Part shown: positions 18,858 to 28,735 of the stretch, piece by piece
How positions within the stretch are numbered: position 1 is the stretch's first letter
Layout: the number at the start of each line of letters is the position of its first letter
Sequence record: SRR20825006_690
Strand: one strand, 5' to 3'
Length of the DNA stretch: 44,782 nt
Notes under the pieces: model-generated
Databases searched by the model: none
What the model was told of the DNA's origin: nothing
Seen by the model: only the letters and a program-made list of their open reading frames with translations
Position numbers and translations under genes: made by a program

Positions 18858-21494
18858 ATGAACAAAAACAAACATATACATAGTAAGAAAGCATTAAGCT
18901 TTGTTGGTATGCTGTTGCTTTGCGGGTTGTTTATCGGGCTTTCATCATCTGATGTATTTGCTCAGGTACCTCCAGCAGGTCAAAGCATTGGTAACACTGC
19001 TTCTGCAACGTATAAGGATACTGGTGGGATTACCCGTCCAGCTACTTCTAATACTGTAACAACAATCGTTCAGCAGGTTGCTGGATTGACTATTACTCCA
19101 GGTATTTCTAAAACAGTAAGTCCTGGTAACAACATTGCGTTCTCTCATACAATTACCAATACTGGTAACGGTACTGACAACGTAACTGTTGGTGTAGTTG
19201 ATGCCAATCCTTCTGGCGGAGATTTTGATTATACAAACATCAAAGTTTACGGCGATAATGGTGGTGCACCAGATTTAGGTAATGAAATTACAACTGCGAT
19301 TTCAATTCCTTCTACTGGTTCTAACACATACAAAGTATGGATTGTTGCTTCTGTTCCAGCTGGCGCTTCTGATGGCGATACTGAGAACTTAGTAATTACA
19401 GCTACAAGTGGTGTTGGTGCTAATCCATCTGTAACAGCTACTGATATTGGTACAGTTGCAGAAGATGCAGTAATTAACGTTGTAAAAGCAGCGAATACTA
19501 ATATTGCAGAAGTTGGCGATACACTTACTTATACCTTCACGTACAGTAACACTGGTAACGCAGCTGGTACTAACCTTAGAATCTCTGATGAGTTACCAAG
19601 TAATGTAACTTACATTCCTAACTCTGCAGTTTGGTCTGGTACAGCAGGTAACTTAACGGATGCAGCAGCAGGTGACCCAAGTGGTATTACTTACCAATAC
19701 AAGTCTGGTGTTACTGATTCGGTTATTTATGTAGTATCAACTGTAAACTCAGGTAACTCAGGTACAGTTAGTTTCAAAGCTAAAATTAATACTGGCTCTG
19801 AAGGTGCAACTATTTCCAACGAAGGTTTCTATACTCATGATGACATTACTGGATCAGCATCAACTGGCCAAGTAGATGTTACTATTGACGAAGTTTATGG
19901 TATCGTAGTTCAAGGTCCAGCTGTTGTGTCTTCAGATTCTGTAGATCAAGGTTCTACTGTTGATTTATTGAACAAGTTCACAAATATTGGTACTGATACT
20001 GATAACTTTGCGATTACGTACTCTGGAAATACATTCCCAGCTGGTACTCAAATCTTATTTTACCAAACTAATGGTTCTGGCGTTGCCACTAACCCTTACT
20101 CTGGTAATATAGTAACAGGTATTGCACCGGGCGCTACCATTGAAGTTGTTACTCGTATTAGTCTTCCATTAGGAGCTACAGGTGGTCCGTTTAAATTAGA
20201 CAAGACCTTAACTTCTGATAACGATCCAAGTAAATCAGCAACAATTCGTGACTCTTTAGGCGGTATCTTTACTGCAACTGTAGATCTTACGAATGATTTT
20301 GCTTCAGGTACTGCAGGAGCATTAGGTGAAGGTGTAACTACAAATGGTGAAGTTGCAGCTGTTAAAACTCAATCTGCTCTTCCTGCTACATCTGTTAATT
20401 TTACATTATTCGTAAAAAACACAAGTGATATTGATGACAACTACGGTCTATCATATAGCACAGACAATACTTTTGCAGCTATTACTCTTCCTTCAGGATG
20501 GAGTATTGTATTTAAGGATCCAGCTAACGGTAACAGTATAATTACTACTACTGGCAACATCACTGCAGGTGCAAGCAAGCAAGTTATTGCTTCTGTTAGT
20601 ATCCCAGCTGGTTACGCACCAGGCGACGTTGAAATGTTTTTCCGTGTGTTATCTTCAAACACAGGTGCTAAGGATATTATCCACGATAAAGTAACTGTAT
20701 TAGTTAACCAGAGCATTACACTTAACTCAAGCCAATCAGGTACTATTTTCCCAGGTGGTTCTAAGACGTTTGTTCACTCATTTAATGTGAACTCTAACGT
20801 TGACGAGAATGATGGTACTAACTCTGACTTTGAAATCACACTTTCTAACAGTCAGTCTGGTTACAGTGCTCAGGTTTATGTTGATAATGACAACAACGGT
20901 ATTATTACTAATGTCGATTCACTTATTACAAGTGCAACTAGTGGTGCAAATGGTTTCCCTACTACAGTAGGTACATTAAACTACGGCGACGTTGTTAAAC
21001 TGATTGTTAAAGTAACAGCTCCTGCTGGTGCAACTGTAGGTGATAACAACACTACTACATTATCAATCGCTGATCTTGAATCTAATGTTTCTACGCTTAC
21101 CAACACCGATTTGGTAACTGTACAAACAGGTGTATTGAAGATTGAAAAATATCAGTCTCCAGATTCAGCTAACGTTGCATTTGCTCAAGCAAATTTGACT
21201 TCAGTTCCTGGCGATACCATGTACTACAAGCTTGTTATTTATAATGATGGTTCAGGATTTATTTCTGATATCAACATTAGTGATTCAACTCCTGCTTACA
21301 CAAAAATTGTAGGTTCAGCAGTTCTAGAATTCAATGCAGCAAACTTTGCTGGTACAACTGGTGATCTGGCTCCTTCAATTGTTTCTCAGCCAGCAGATGG
21401 CACAAGTGGAACATTGAGTATTCATATTGATAAGCTAGATGCCTCTGATGATGACGTGGTTATCATATTTGCCGTAAAAATTAATGGCAATTAA
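18858..21494 (+). CDS. Secreted tandem Ig/DUF11 protein (878 aa), candidate fibre shaft subunit
   Basis: Signal peptide VFA|Q; N-terminal PAGQSIGNTASATY...SNTVTTIV segment; four NxGxxxD-type Ig domains; one complete DUF11; C-terminal truncated DUF11. Confidence 0.88.
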   Translation: MNKNKHIHSKKALSFVGMLLLCGLFIGLSSSDVFAQVPPAGQSIGNTASATYKDTGGITRPATSNTVTTIVQQVAGLTITPGISKTVSPGNNIAFSHTITNTGNGTDNVTVGVVDANPSGGDFDYTNIKVYGDNGGAPDLGNEITTAISIPSTGSNTYKVWIVASVPAGASDGDTENLVITATSGVGANPSVTATDIGTVAEDAVINVVKAANTNIAEVGDTLTYTFTYSNTGNAAGTNLRISDELPSNVTYIPNSAVWSGTAGNLTDAAAGDPSGITYQYKSGVTDSVIYVVSTVNSGNSGTVSFKAKINTGSEGATISNEGFYTHDDITGSASTGQVDVTIDEVYGIVVQGPAVVSSDSVDQGSTVDLLNKFTNIGTDTDNFAITYSGNTFPAGTQILFYQTNGSGVATNPYSGNIVTGIAPGATIEVVTRISLPLGATGGPFKLDKTLTSDNDPSKSATIRDSLGGIFTATVDLTNDFASGTAGALGEGVTTNGEVAAVKTQSALPATSVNFTLFVKNTSDIDDNYGLSYSTDNTFAAITLPSGWSIVFKDPANGNSIITTTGNITAGASKQVIASVSIPAGYAPGDVEMFFRVLSSNTGAKDIIHDKVTVLVNQSITLNSSQSGTIFPGGSKTFVHSFNVNSNVDENDGTNSDFEITLSNSQSGYSAQVYVDNDNNGIITNVDSLITSATSGANGFPTTVGTLNYGDVVKLIVKVTAPAGATVGDNNTTTLSIADLESNVSTLTNTDLVTVQTGVLKIEKYQSPDSANVAFAQANLTSVPGDTMYYKLVIYNDGSGFISDINISDSTPAYTKIVGSAVLEFNAANFAGTTGDLAPSIVSQPADGTSGTLSIHIDKLDASDDDVVIIFAVKINGN

Positions 21495-21559
21495 GAAATT
21501 GCATTAACCCAATGAGGTTAGGGTTGAGAGCCCTTTCTTCATCTTAAAAAACAAAGAAC

Positions 21560-24500
21560 TTGAAAAACATCCTTAAACATACACTTCTTTTTGTTCTGCT
21601 TTTAGCAGGCTTGGGAGAGGTATATGCTCAGGATGGAGTTCCTCCGCACAACACGAAAATTGTAAATATTGCAGACGGTACTTATGATAGTGCTAAAGGC
21701 CCGGGTGTTGTACACTCAAACTCTGTATTAATCAATATTGATAATCCAGATAGAATAGATTTATTCCCAAATCATACAGTAAGTGAATTTAGAGGTACGA
21801 GTGTACAATTCAATCATACCCTTACAAACAAATCTCCAAATAGTGATTCTTTCGAAATTCAAATTTTCAATGATGGAGATGATGATTTTGACCTAGAAGA
21901 TTTAAAAATCATTTCGGAAGAAAAGTCTAAATCTGTGGCCACTGATACTCTTAAACTACAAGTTACTCTTGCTGCAGGGCAGTCATTTATATTCAAATAT
22001 CAAGGAACAATCAATACTACGGAGCAAACGAGAATAACTGCAAAGATGGTAATTAGAGCAATATCTCTAACAAGTCTTGACCAGGTAGACAACATTGATG
22101 TTATTTCGATATTAAATGGTACAGAAATTCAACTGAATAAAACGTTTGAAGAAGGTTCCGAGTTTGTTCGTGGCGAAACTTTCAATTATGTATTGGAAGG
22201 TAAAAATATAGGTGATATATCAGCTAATGGTACATCCGTTGTTTTAGATGGAGCACCAGCGTCGAAAGTAATTTTAAGAGATAAAATTCCTGCAAATACC
22301 ACGTTCGACAGATTTGTTAGCACTTCTAAAGGAACTCCAGTTTATCATTTATTTGGTAGTGGTGAAGTTGAATACACTTCAATTATACCAACTAGTTTAG
22401 ATGAAATCGATGAGATTGCTGTTCTCTATGACTCAGTTCAAGCAGGTGAGGCTTTTAGCACAACTTTTAGCGTGAGAATTAATGATGCAGCATCAGACTC
22501 ACTGGTCAACGTAGCTGAAGTAACTTATGTTGATCCTGATGGAGATATTACAAAAGCGGCTGCTTCTCAGGAAGTTGTTGCTGAACTCGAAGAAGGCGAT
22601 GCAGACATCAACTACTTTACAGATGAAGGCTTTGGGCAAAAAACGGGTACATCTACTATTGGGAAGCCACTTTTCTTGCAAGCAAGTGCAGGTGCATGTA
22701 ATGAAAATGCTGGCTTAATTGAAACTGTTCGTATTGAAATTACATCTACGCTTACTGGAGACATGGAAGAGTATGGAGCTACCGAAACAGCTCGTAACAC
22801 TGGTATTTTTAGAGTTGATAACCCTGTGCCAACTAGAAGCGCTGCTGAATTCGAGCAGATAACGGGAAACTTGATTTTAGAGGTACTTGAGCAAGACGTA
22901 TTAATTGCAAAACTTGATTGCCAGAACTCTAAAACACAAAATACTTCAATTACTACTCAAATAATTCTAGATCCTTTTGGAATTGTATTTGACTCAGAGT
23001 CTAACAAACCTGTAGAAGGTGCTTTGGTAAAGTTGATTGATGTAACTGGTGCTGGAAACGGTGGTAATGCTGGTGGTTTAGCTAAAGTTTACGATGTTGA
23101 TGGAGTAACTGAGCTGCCAAATGAGCAAATAACTCCTGCAAATGGTGAGTATCGTTTTCCTTTTATTCAACCAAGTTCTTACCGAATTGAAGTTATAGCT
23201 CCTAAAGGTTACGAAGCCCCATCGCAAGTAAATAAAGCTTTGCTGGATCCAGCAAGAATAGTTAAAGATTCATTGTCATACGGTGGAGTATTTATTATTA
23301 ACGTTATTCCACAATCAATTGAAAGTGATATTCCAATTGATCCAACAGGAACTAATGTTTTATTCACTAAGAAAACAGTTAATAAATCTGCCGTTGAAAT
23401 TGGAGATTACCTTACTTATACAATTACAATTTCTAGTAAAGCGGTAAACAATATCGATTCTACCAAAATTGAAGATCATCTTCCTTTTGGTTTTGAATAT
23501 CAGCTTGGCTCTGCTCGACTAGATGGCGTAGCTTTTTCAGACCCAGTTGGTGGAACTGGTCCAACCTTAATCTTTAATGTTGGTACTGTAAAGCCTTTAA
23601 CCTCTGTTGAACTAAGCTACAAAGTGTATGTAGGACCAGGGGCAGAGCGTGGTGATGGAATAAACACTGCAATTTCAAGCAGTGAAGAAGGTGTTGTACA
23701 CCGCCAAAGTTTACCAGCTAAAGTGAAAGTAGAAGTAAACGGTGGTGTTTTTAGTAACGACGCATATATAGTTGGAAAGGTTTTTGCCGACCTCAACGAA
23801 AATAAAGTTCAAGACCCTTACGAAAAAGGTGTGCCAGGCGTCCGTTTATACTTAGAAACTGGCTCTTATGTTGTAACCGATGTAAAAGGTAGATATACTT
23901 TTTACGGTATTACCCCAAATAAACATGTTCTAAAGCTCGATAACACTTCACTACCTAAGGGTTCTCGTCTTAATATTCTTGATAACCGTCATGCTAACGA
24001 TCCATCAAGCAGGTTTGTGGATTTGAAAAATGGTGAAATGCAACGAGCCGATTTTGCAATTTGTTATTGCGCAGGTGATATTGTTGATGAAGAAATTGAC
24101 CGCCGTATTACTGCATACTCTGAAAACAATGATGAATTAAAGAACTCTTTAAATCAAAGCTTTTCTACAGAAGAACAAGCTACCTCTAAACAAGGTGGTT
24201 ACGGTAACATTAGTGGTGTTGTTGGGGGAGCAGAAGTTAAAGATGTTAAGCGCAATACAACTAGCACAACTAAAGCTGTTGATTCCACTAAAGTGGAAAG
24301 CTCTATCGCTAAAATTGAAGAGCGAGATTTACTCCTAGAAGCTGTTGAAAATGGAAGTCCTGATCTTGAAATGTTAAATATCGTTGATGGTGATACTCTA
24401 AAGTCTACCACATTGAAGCTTCAAGTAAAATCATCATCAAGCGCTACAGTATATTTATATGTTAACGAAGACCTTATTGGTGTAGATAATGTAGGGCGAA

Positions 24501-27500
24501 CTGAAATCAATGAGAATACTGGAGTTCAAGGGCTGGAGTTTTATAACCTAGGTTTAAAAACAGGCAAAAACGTACTTACGCTTCAAGTAAAAGATCCTTT
24601 TGGAAATGTTCGAGAAGAACAGATTGCTACACTTTACGCACCAGGTAAACCGGCTCAATTAGTAATAACTATTCCTAGAAATAATATTGAAGCAGATGGC
24701 GAATCCAAAGCCTTAATTAATGTTGATGTAACCGATGAAAACGGAATGCATATCGGTTCTGAATTTCAAATCACTCTCGATCTATCTGAAGGCAAATTGC
24801 TTGTTCAAGATGAAAACCCTAAAGAACAAGGCACACAAGTTACCCTAAGTTCTGGGAAAGGAAGCTTTACGTTAAAGGCACCAATTGAGCCAAGAACAGT
24901 GAAAATAGTTGCGAAACTAGGAGTTTTAACTGATGAAGCTCGATTAAACTTTGTTCCTAATTTAAGACCTCTAATTGCTGCTGGTATTATTGAAGGTACG
25001 ATTAGACTTAGCGAGCCATTGAGTATTAGCTCTGCGAGCAGTTCTGATGGTTTTGAGCGTGAACTAACAGCTCTTTCTCGTAGTTTCGAGAACTTCACTT
25101 TAGATGGTCGTTTCGCATTCTTCTTAAAAGGTAAAATTGCTGGTAGTACTTTATTAACGGCATCGTACGACTCAGAGAAATCTGAAGAAGAGCGTTTGTT
25201 TAGAGATATAAGGCCAGATGAATTCTATCCTGTTTATGGCGAAACATCGCTAAAAGGATACGATGCACAAAGTTCTGGTAGACTTTATATCCGTTTAGAC
25301 CATAACAAAACCTACGCTGTTTACGGCGATTTCATTACGCAGGAAAGAGACCAAGATCGTCAACTTGGTGATTATAGCCGTGCCCAAACAGGTATTAAAA
25401 CTCATTTCGAAAATGAAATATTAAAAGCTACAGCATTTGGTAGTCAATCTTACTCTAGCAGATTAGTAAGAGAATTCTCTGGACAAGGTATTTCAAGATA
25501 TGAGCTTCCAGATGAAGAGATTGTTATAAATAGTGAGATTATTGAAATTCTTGTTTACGATAGAGATCAACAAGATGTTCTATTAAGTAGTACTCGTTTA
25601 ACACGTTTCAAAGATTATGCGATTGAGCCGTTTACAGGAACATTGGTATTTTCAGAAGCTATTTCTAGTGTAGATGAAAACTTTAATCCTGTTGTGATTA
25701 GAGCCACTTATGAAGTAGAAAACGGTGGCGACAAATACCTTATTGGTGGGGCAGATGTATCAGTTAGCCCAATTGATGGTTTAGAAATTGGAGCTGGTAT
25801 TGTTCAAGATCAAAATCCTGAAGACAATTTCAACCTTACTTCTGTTAATGCTGGCTATAGCATTGGGAAAAACACAAAAATAGTTATTGAAGGTGCTCAA
25901 ACTATTACTGATAGCAAGGGCACGGGCCAAGCAGGTAGAGTAGAAATTCAGCATAAAAATAACTTAGCAAATGTTAGACTTCAGGTTGGTAGATCCGATA
26001 AAGATTTTGCAAACCGATCTACAACATTAAGCAGTGGTAAAACAGAAGCTAAAGTTAAAGGTCGTTTGAAACTGGGTAATTCTTCAAGTTTAAACACCGA
26101 AGCTCTTTATTCTCGTAATGATACTACTGGCAACGAAACTGTTGGTGGCTTAATGACCTTGCAAAAAACATTCTTTGGAAACATCAGTACTGAGTTAGGT
26201 TTGCGCTATTCAAGACAAGAAACAGGTGTTGGTACTACCTCAGCTGAGGTTATTGAGAACACAAACTTAAGAAGTAAGCTTTCTGCGGATCTTCCATTTA
26301 TTGACGGCTTCTCAACTTTTGCGGAATACGAGCAAGATTTAAACAATGCTGATAAGCGTCTTTTTGCATTAGGTGGCGATTATAAAATCAACAACTTTGC
26401 TAAAGTGTATGCTCGCCACGAGTTTTCTTCTTCTGCTGAAGGTAGATACACATTAAACGAGAATGTTAGAAAACAAAACTCGGTATTTGGTATTAAGTCG
26501 AGCTATATGAAGAATGGCGAAGTATATAGTGAATATCGTATTAACGACGCTGTTGACGGTGAAAGTGGACAAGCTTCATTAGGGCTAAGAAATAGTTTTC
26601 AGTTAGCCGATGGCTTTAACTTAAACGCCGGCTTTGAACGTATCTTTACTGTGAAAGGGAAAAGAGGCGGAGACGGAACGGCAATTTCTACGGCCTTAGA
26701 TTACACGGCAAATCCAAACTGGAAAGCTACAGCAAAAGCAGAAGCTCGTTTTACTAGCTCTGACAGAACGTATGTAAACAGTCTCGGTTATGGCCAACGT
26801 ATTAATGAGTCTTGGACATTCTTAGGTAAAAACATTATTGCACTAGCTGAAAAAGCAGGTACTTCAGGCTTTAGCAAAGTTCAAGAAAGATTACGTTTAG
26901 GTGCTGCATATAGAGACGTAGATACCAACAGGTGGGATGCTCTTTTCCGTTATGAATTTAAATACGAAAACGACAAAAATGTAAGTGCTGATTACGAAAG
27001 AAGTGTACACGTTTTCTCAAACCATGCAAACTATCATCCTTCAAATGATTGGACTTTCTCTACTCGTTTAGCTGCAAAATACGCTGTTGAGAATGATACT
27101 GACTTCAGTGAGTCAAGCTTCTTAGAGTTAGCTTCAGGTAGAGCTTTATACGATATCAACGAAAAGTGGGATGCAGGCGTAAACGCTAGTTTGTTAGCAA
27201 ATAGCGACTTTACTACTAAAGATTATGGAATGGGAGTTGAAGTAGGTTTTATTGCAGCAACGAACCTAAGAATTGCAACAGGCTTTAACTTCTTTGGATA
27301 CGATGACGAAGATCTAGTGGATAATTCTTACACAAGAAAAGGTGCTTATTTAGGCTTTAGCTATAAATTTGATGAACGTTTGTTTGAGTCACTTGCGCCT
27401 ACTAAACATAAGCCATTCCTAGATCCAAACTTGTATCTAACCTGTGATGCTGTTGAAGTTTGTAATCCAATATTAATCTTGGATTTAGAAAAAGACTGGT

Positions 27501-28735
27501 TTACCGCAAGCTTAACACCTGCACAAATTGAAGCAGTTAATTTTGTATATGAAGAACTTGAATCACAGACCTTGTTACCTAAACAAATTCACTTTGACAA
27601 CAACTTGACTTATATCAACCGCCCTGCTTCGCAGATGCTTGATAAGGTTGCAAAGTTCTTATTTGAGAGAGACGATTACATTATCAATGTTACCGGCCAT
27701 ACGGATAGTAAAAGTACTTATGCATATAACTTAGACCTCTCTAAGAGAAGAGCAAAAGCAGTAAGAGCTTACTTGGTTGCTTCTGGTGTTGATCCTGACA
27801 GGTTGGTATTTGATGGAATGAGCTTTAACGAGAATGCTGCTGTTGAGAATGATCCAATTGATATGGCTAAAAACAGACGTGTAGAGTTAGATTTAAATTC
27901 AGAAAACTTAAACGTTCGTTTTGTTGACCAAGTAGAAGATTTACAGGTTAACAAAAAAATCCCTGCAATTGGTGGATGGGATTTCATTTATAACCCAGAG
28001 CATAAAGCGGTTCCAGCTAACATCAACCTAACAAATGGTTTCAATCAATTAAGCCCTATTAATAGCTACATGATAGAGCGAATTGCAATTGCATTAAAAG
28101 AATATACTGAAGTAGATGTAACAGTTGGTATTGCTGGCAGTCCTGAGTTTGAAAATATAAGCGAACTTATAGAGGCAGAATTTATTTTTAATGGTATTTA
28201 TGATGACAGAGTTAGCTTCGAAAAAACAACAGGGGCTAATCCTTTTGTAGTTTCATTGACGTATACGAAACCACAATTATTGGAAATCATAGAGCAAAGT
28301 GATGACGTGAAATTTAAAGGGGACAAAAAGGCGTTCAGTATGATGCAGAACTTATTGGATGTTCTTAAAAAGCGTGATGATTACACATTATTACGTGACT
28401 TCTCTCAAACGTATGTAGTTCCAGATAGAATTAAATACGAGGCTCGAATTTCAAAACTAAGTAACGAAAATCAAGCAATTCTATCTAGAATTGGCTCGTA
28501 CTTAAGAAATAGCCAAGGAGTTTATTTAGAGCTTAGAGCAGACGGCTCAGGTACTGGTGCTAGTAGAATGCAAGCAATTAAAGATTATTTAGTGAAATGG
28601 GGAATAGCAGAAGGTAGAATTAGCATCAGTGAGATGGGAAGTGGCTTAGATAGTAATAGAGTGTTGTTCAAGTATCTAAAAGCTGATGCTATCAATCTTT
28701 TGGATATAGACATTCTCTATAGAGGTGGAAATTAA
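21560..28735 (+). CDS. Giant outer-membrane protein: Ig/DUF11/SdrD-B-like domains, large beta-barrel region and OmpA-like C-terminus (2391 aa)
   Basis: Signal peptide VYA|Q; two DUF11 domains; SdrD-B-like GKVFADLNENKVQD...GVPGVRLY; long amphipathic-strand region ~24960-27370 ending GAYLGFSYKF; OmpA motifs GHTDS...YNLDLSKRRAKAV...NRRVEL. Confidence 0.88.
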   Translation: MKNILKHTLLFVLLLAGLGEVYAQDGVPPHNTKIVNIADGTYDSAKGPGVVHSNSVLINIDNPDRIDLFPNHTVSEFRGTSVQFNHTLTNKSPNSDSFEIQIFNDGDDDFDLEDLKIISEEKSKSVATDTLKLQVTLAAGQSFIFKYQGTINTTEQTRITAKMVIRAISLTSLDQVDNIDVISILNGTEIQLNKTFEEGSEFVRGETFNYVLEGKNIGDISANGTSVVLDGAPASKVILRDKIPANTTFDRFVSTSKGTPVYHLFGSGEVEYTSIIPTSLDEIDEIAVLYDSVQAGEAFSTTFSVRINDAASDSLVNVAEVTYVDPDGDITKAAASQEVVAELEEGDADINYFTDEGFGQKTGTSTIGKPLFLQASAGACNENAGLIETVRIEITSTLTGDMEEYGATETARNTGIFRVDNPVPTRSAAEFEQITGNLILEVLEQDVLIAKLDCQNSKTQNTSITTQIILDPFGIVFDSESNKPVEGALVKLIDVTGAGNGGNAGGLAKVYDVDGVTELPNEQITPANGEYRFPFIQPSSYRIEVIAPKGYEAPSQVNKALLDPARIVKDSLSYGGVFIINVIPQSIESDIPIDPTGTNVLFTKKTVNKSAVEIGDYLTYTITISSKAVNNIDSTKIEDHLPFGFEYQLGSARLDGVAFSDPVGGTGPTLIFNVGTVKPLTSVELSYKVYVGPGAERGDGINTAISSSEEGVVHRQSLPAKVKVEVNGGVFSNDAYIVGKVFADLNENKVQDPYEKGVPGVRLYLETGSYVVTDVKGRYTFYGITPNKHVLKLDNTSLPKGSRLNILDNRHANDPSSRFVDLKNGEMQRADFAICYCAGDIVDEEIDRRITAYSENNDELKNSLNQSFSTEEQATSKQGGYGNISGVVGGAEVKDVKRNTTSTTKAVDSTKVESSIAKIEERDLLLEAVENGSPDLEMLNIVDGDTLKSTTLKLQVKSSSSATVYLYVNEDLIGVDNVGRTEINENTGVQGLEFYNLGLKTGKNVLTLQVKDPFGNVREEQIATLYAPGKPAQLVITIPRNNIEADGESKALINVDVTDENGMHIGSEFQITLDLSEGKLLVQDENPKEQGTQVTLSSGKGSFTLKAPIEPRTVKIVAKLGVLTDEARLNFVPNLRPLIAAGIIEGTIRLSEPLSISSASSSDGFERELTALSRSFENFTLDGRFAFFLKGKIAGSTLLTASYDSEKSEEERLFRDIRPDEFYPVYGETSLKGYDAQSSGRLYIRLDHNKTYAVYGDFITQERDQDRQLGDYSRAQTGIKTHFENEILKATAFGSQSYSSRLVREFSGQGISRYELPDEEIVINSEIIEILVYDRDQQDVLLSSTRLTRFKDYAIEPFTGTLVFSEAISSVDENFNPVVIRATYEVENGGDKYLIGGADVSVSPIDGLEIGAGIVQDQNPEDNFNLTSVNAGYSIGKNTKIVIEGAQTITDSKGTGQAGRVEIQHKNNLANVRLQVGRSDKDFANRSTTLSSGKTEAKVKGRLKLGNSSSLNTEALYSRNDTTGNETVGGLMTLQKTFFGNISTELGLRYSRQETGVGTTSAEVIENTNLRSKLSADLPFIDGFSTFAEYEQDLNNADKRLFALGGDYKINNFAKVYARHEFSSSAEGRYTLNENVRKQNSVFGIKSSYMKNGEVYSEYRINDAVDGESGQASLGLRNSFQLADGFNLNAGFERIFTVKGKRGGDGTAISTALDYTANPNWKATAKAEARFTSSDRTYVNSLGYGQRINESWTFLGKNIIALAEKAGTSGFSKVQERLRLGAAYRDVDTNRWDALFRYEFKYENDKNVSADYERSVHVFSNHANYHPSNDWTFSTRLAAKYAVENDTDFSESSFLELASGRALYDINEKWDAGVNASLLANSDFTTKDYGMGVEVGFIAATNLRIATGFNFFGYDDEDLVDNSYTRKGAYLGFSYKFDERLFESLAPTKHKPFLDPNLYLTCDAVEVCNPILILDLEKDWFTASLTPAQIEAVNFVYEELESQTLLPKQIHFDNNLTYINRPASQMLDKVAKFLFERDDYIINVTGHTDSKSTYAYNLDLSKRRAKAVRAYLVASGVDPDRLVFDGMSFNENAAVENDPIDMAKNRRVELDLNSENLNVRFVDQVEDLQVNKKIPAIGGWDFIYNPEHKAVPANINLTNGFNQLSPINSYMIERIAIALKEYTEVDVTVGIAGSPEFENISELIEAEFIFNGIYDDRVSFEKTTGANPFVVSLTYTKPQLLEIIEQSDDVKFKGDKKAFSMMQNLLDVLKKRDDYTLLRDFSQTYVVPDRIKYEARISKLSNENQAILSRIGSYLRNSQGVYLELRADGSGTGASRMQAIKDYLVKWGIAEGRISISEMGSGLDSNRVLFKYLKADAINLLDIDILYRGGN

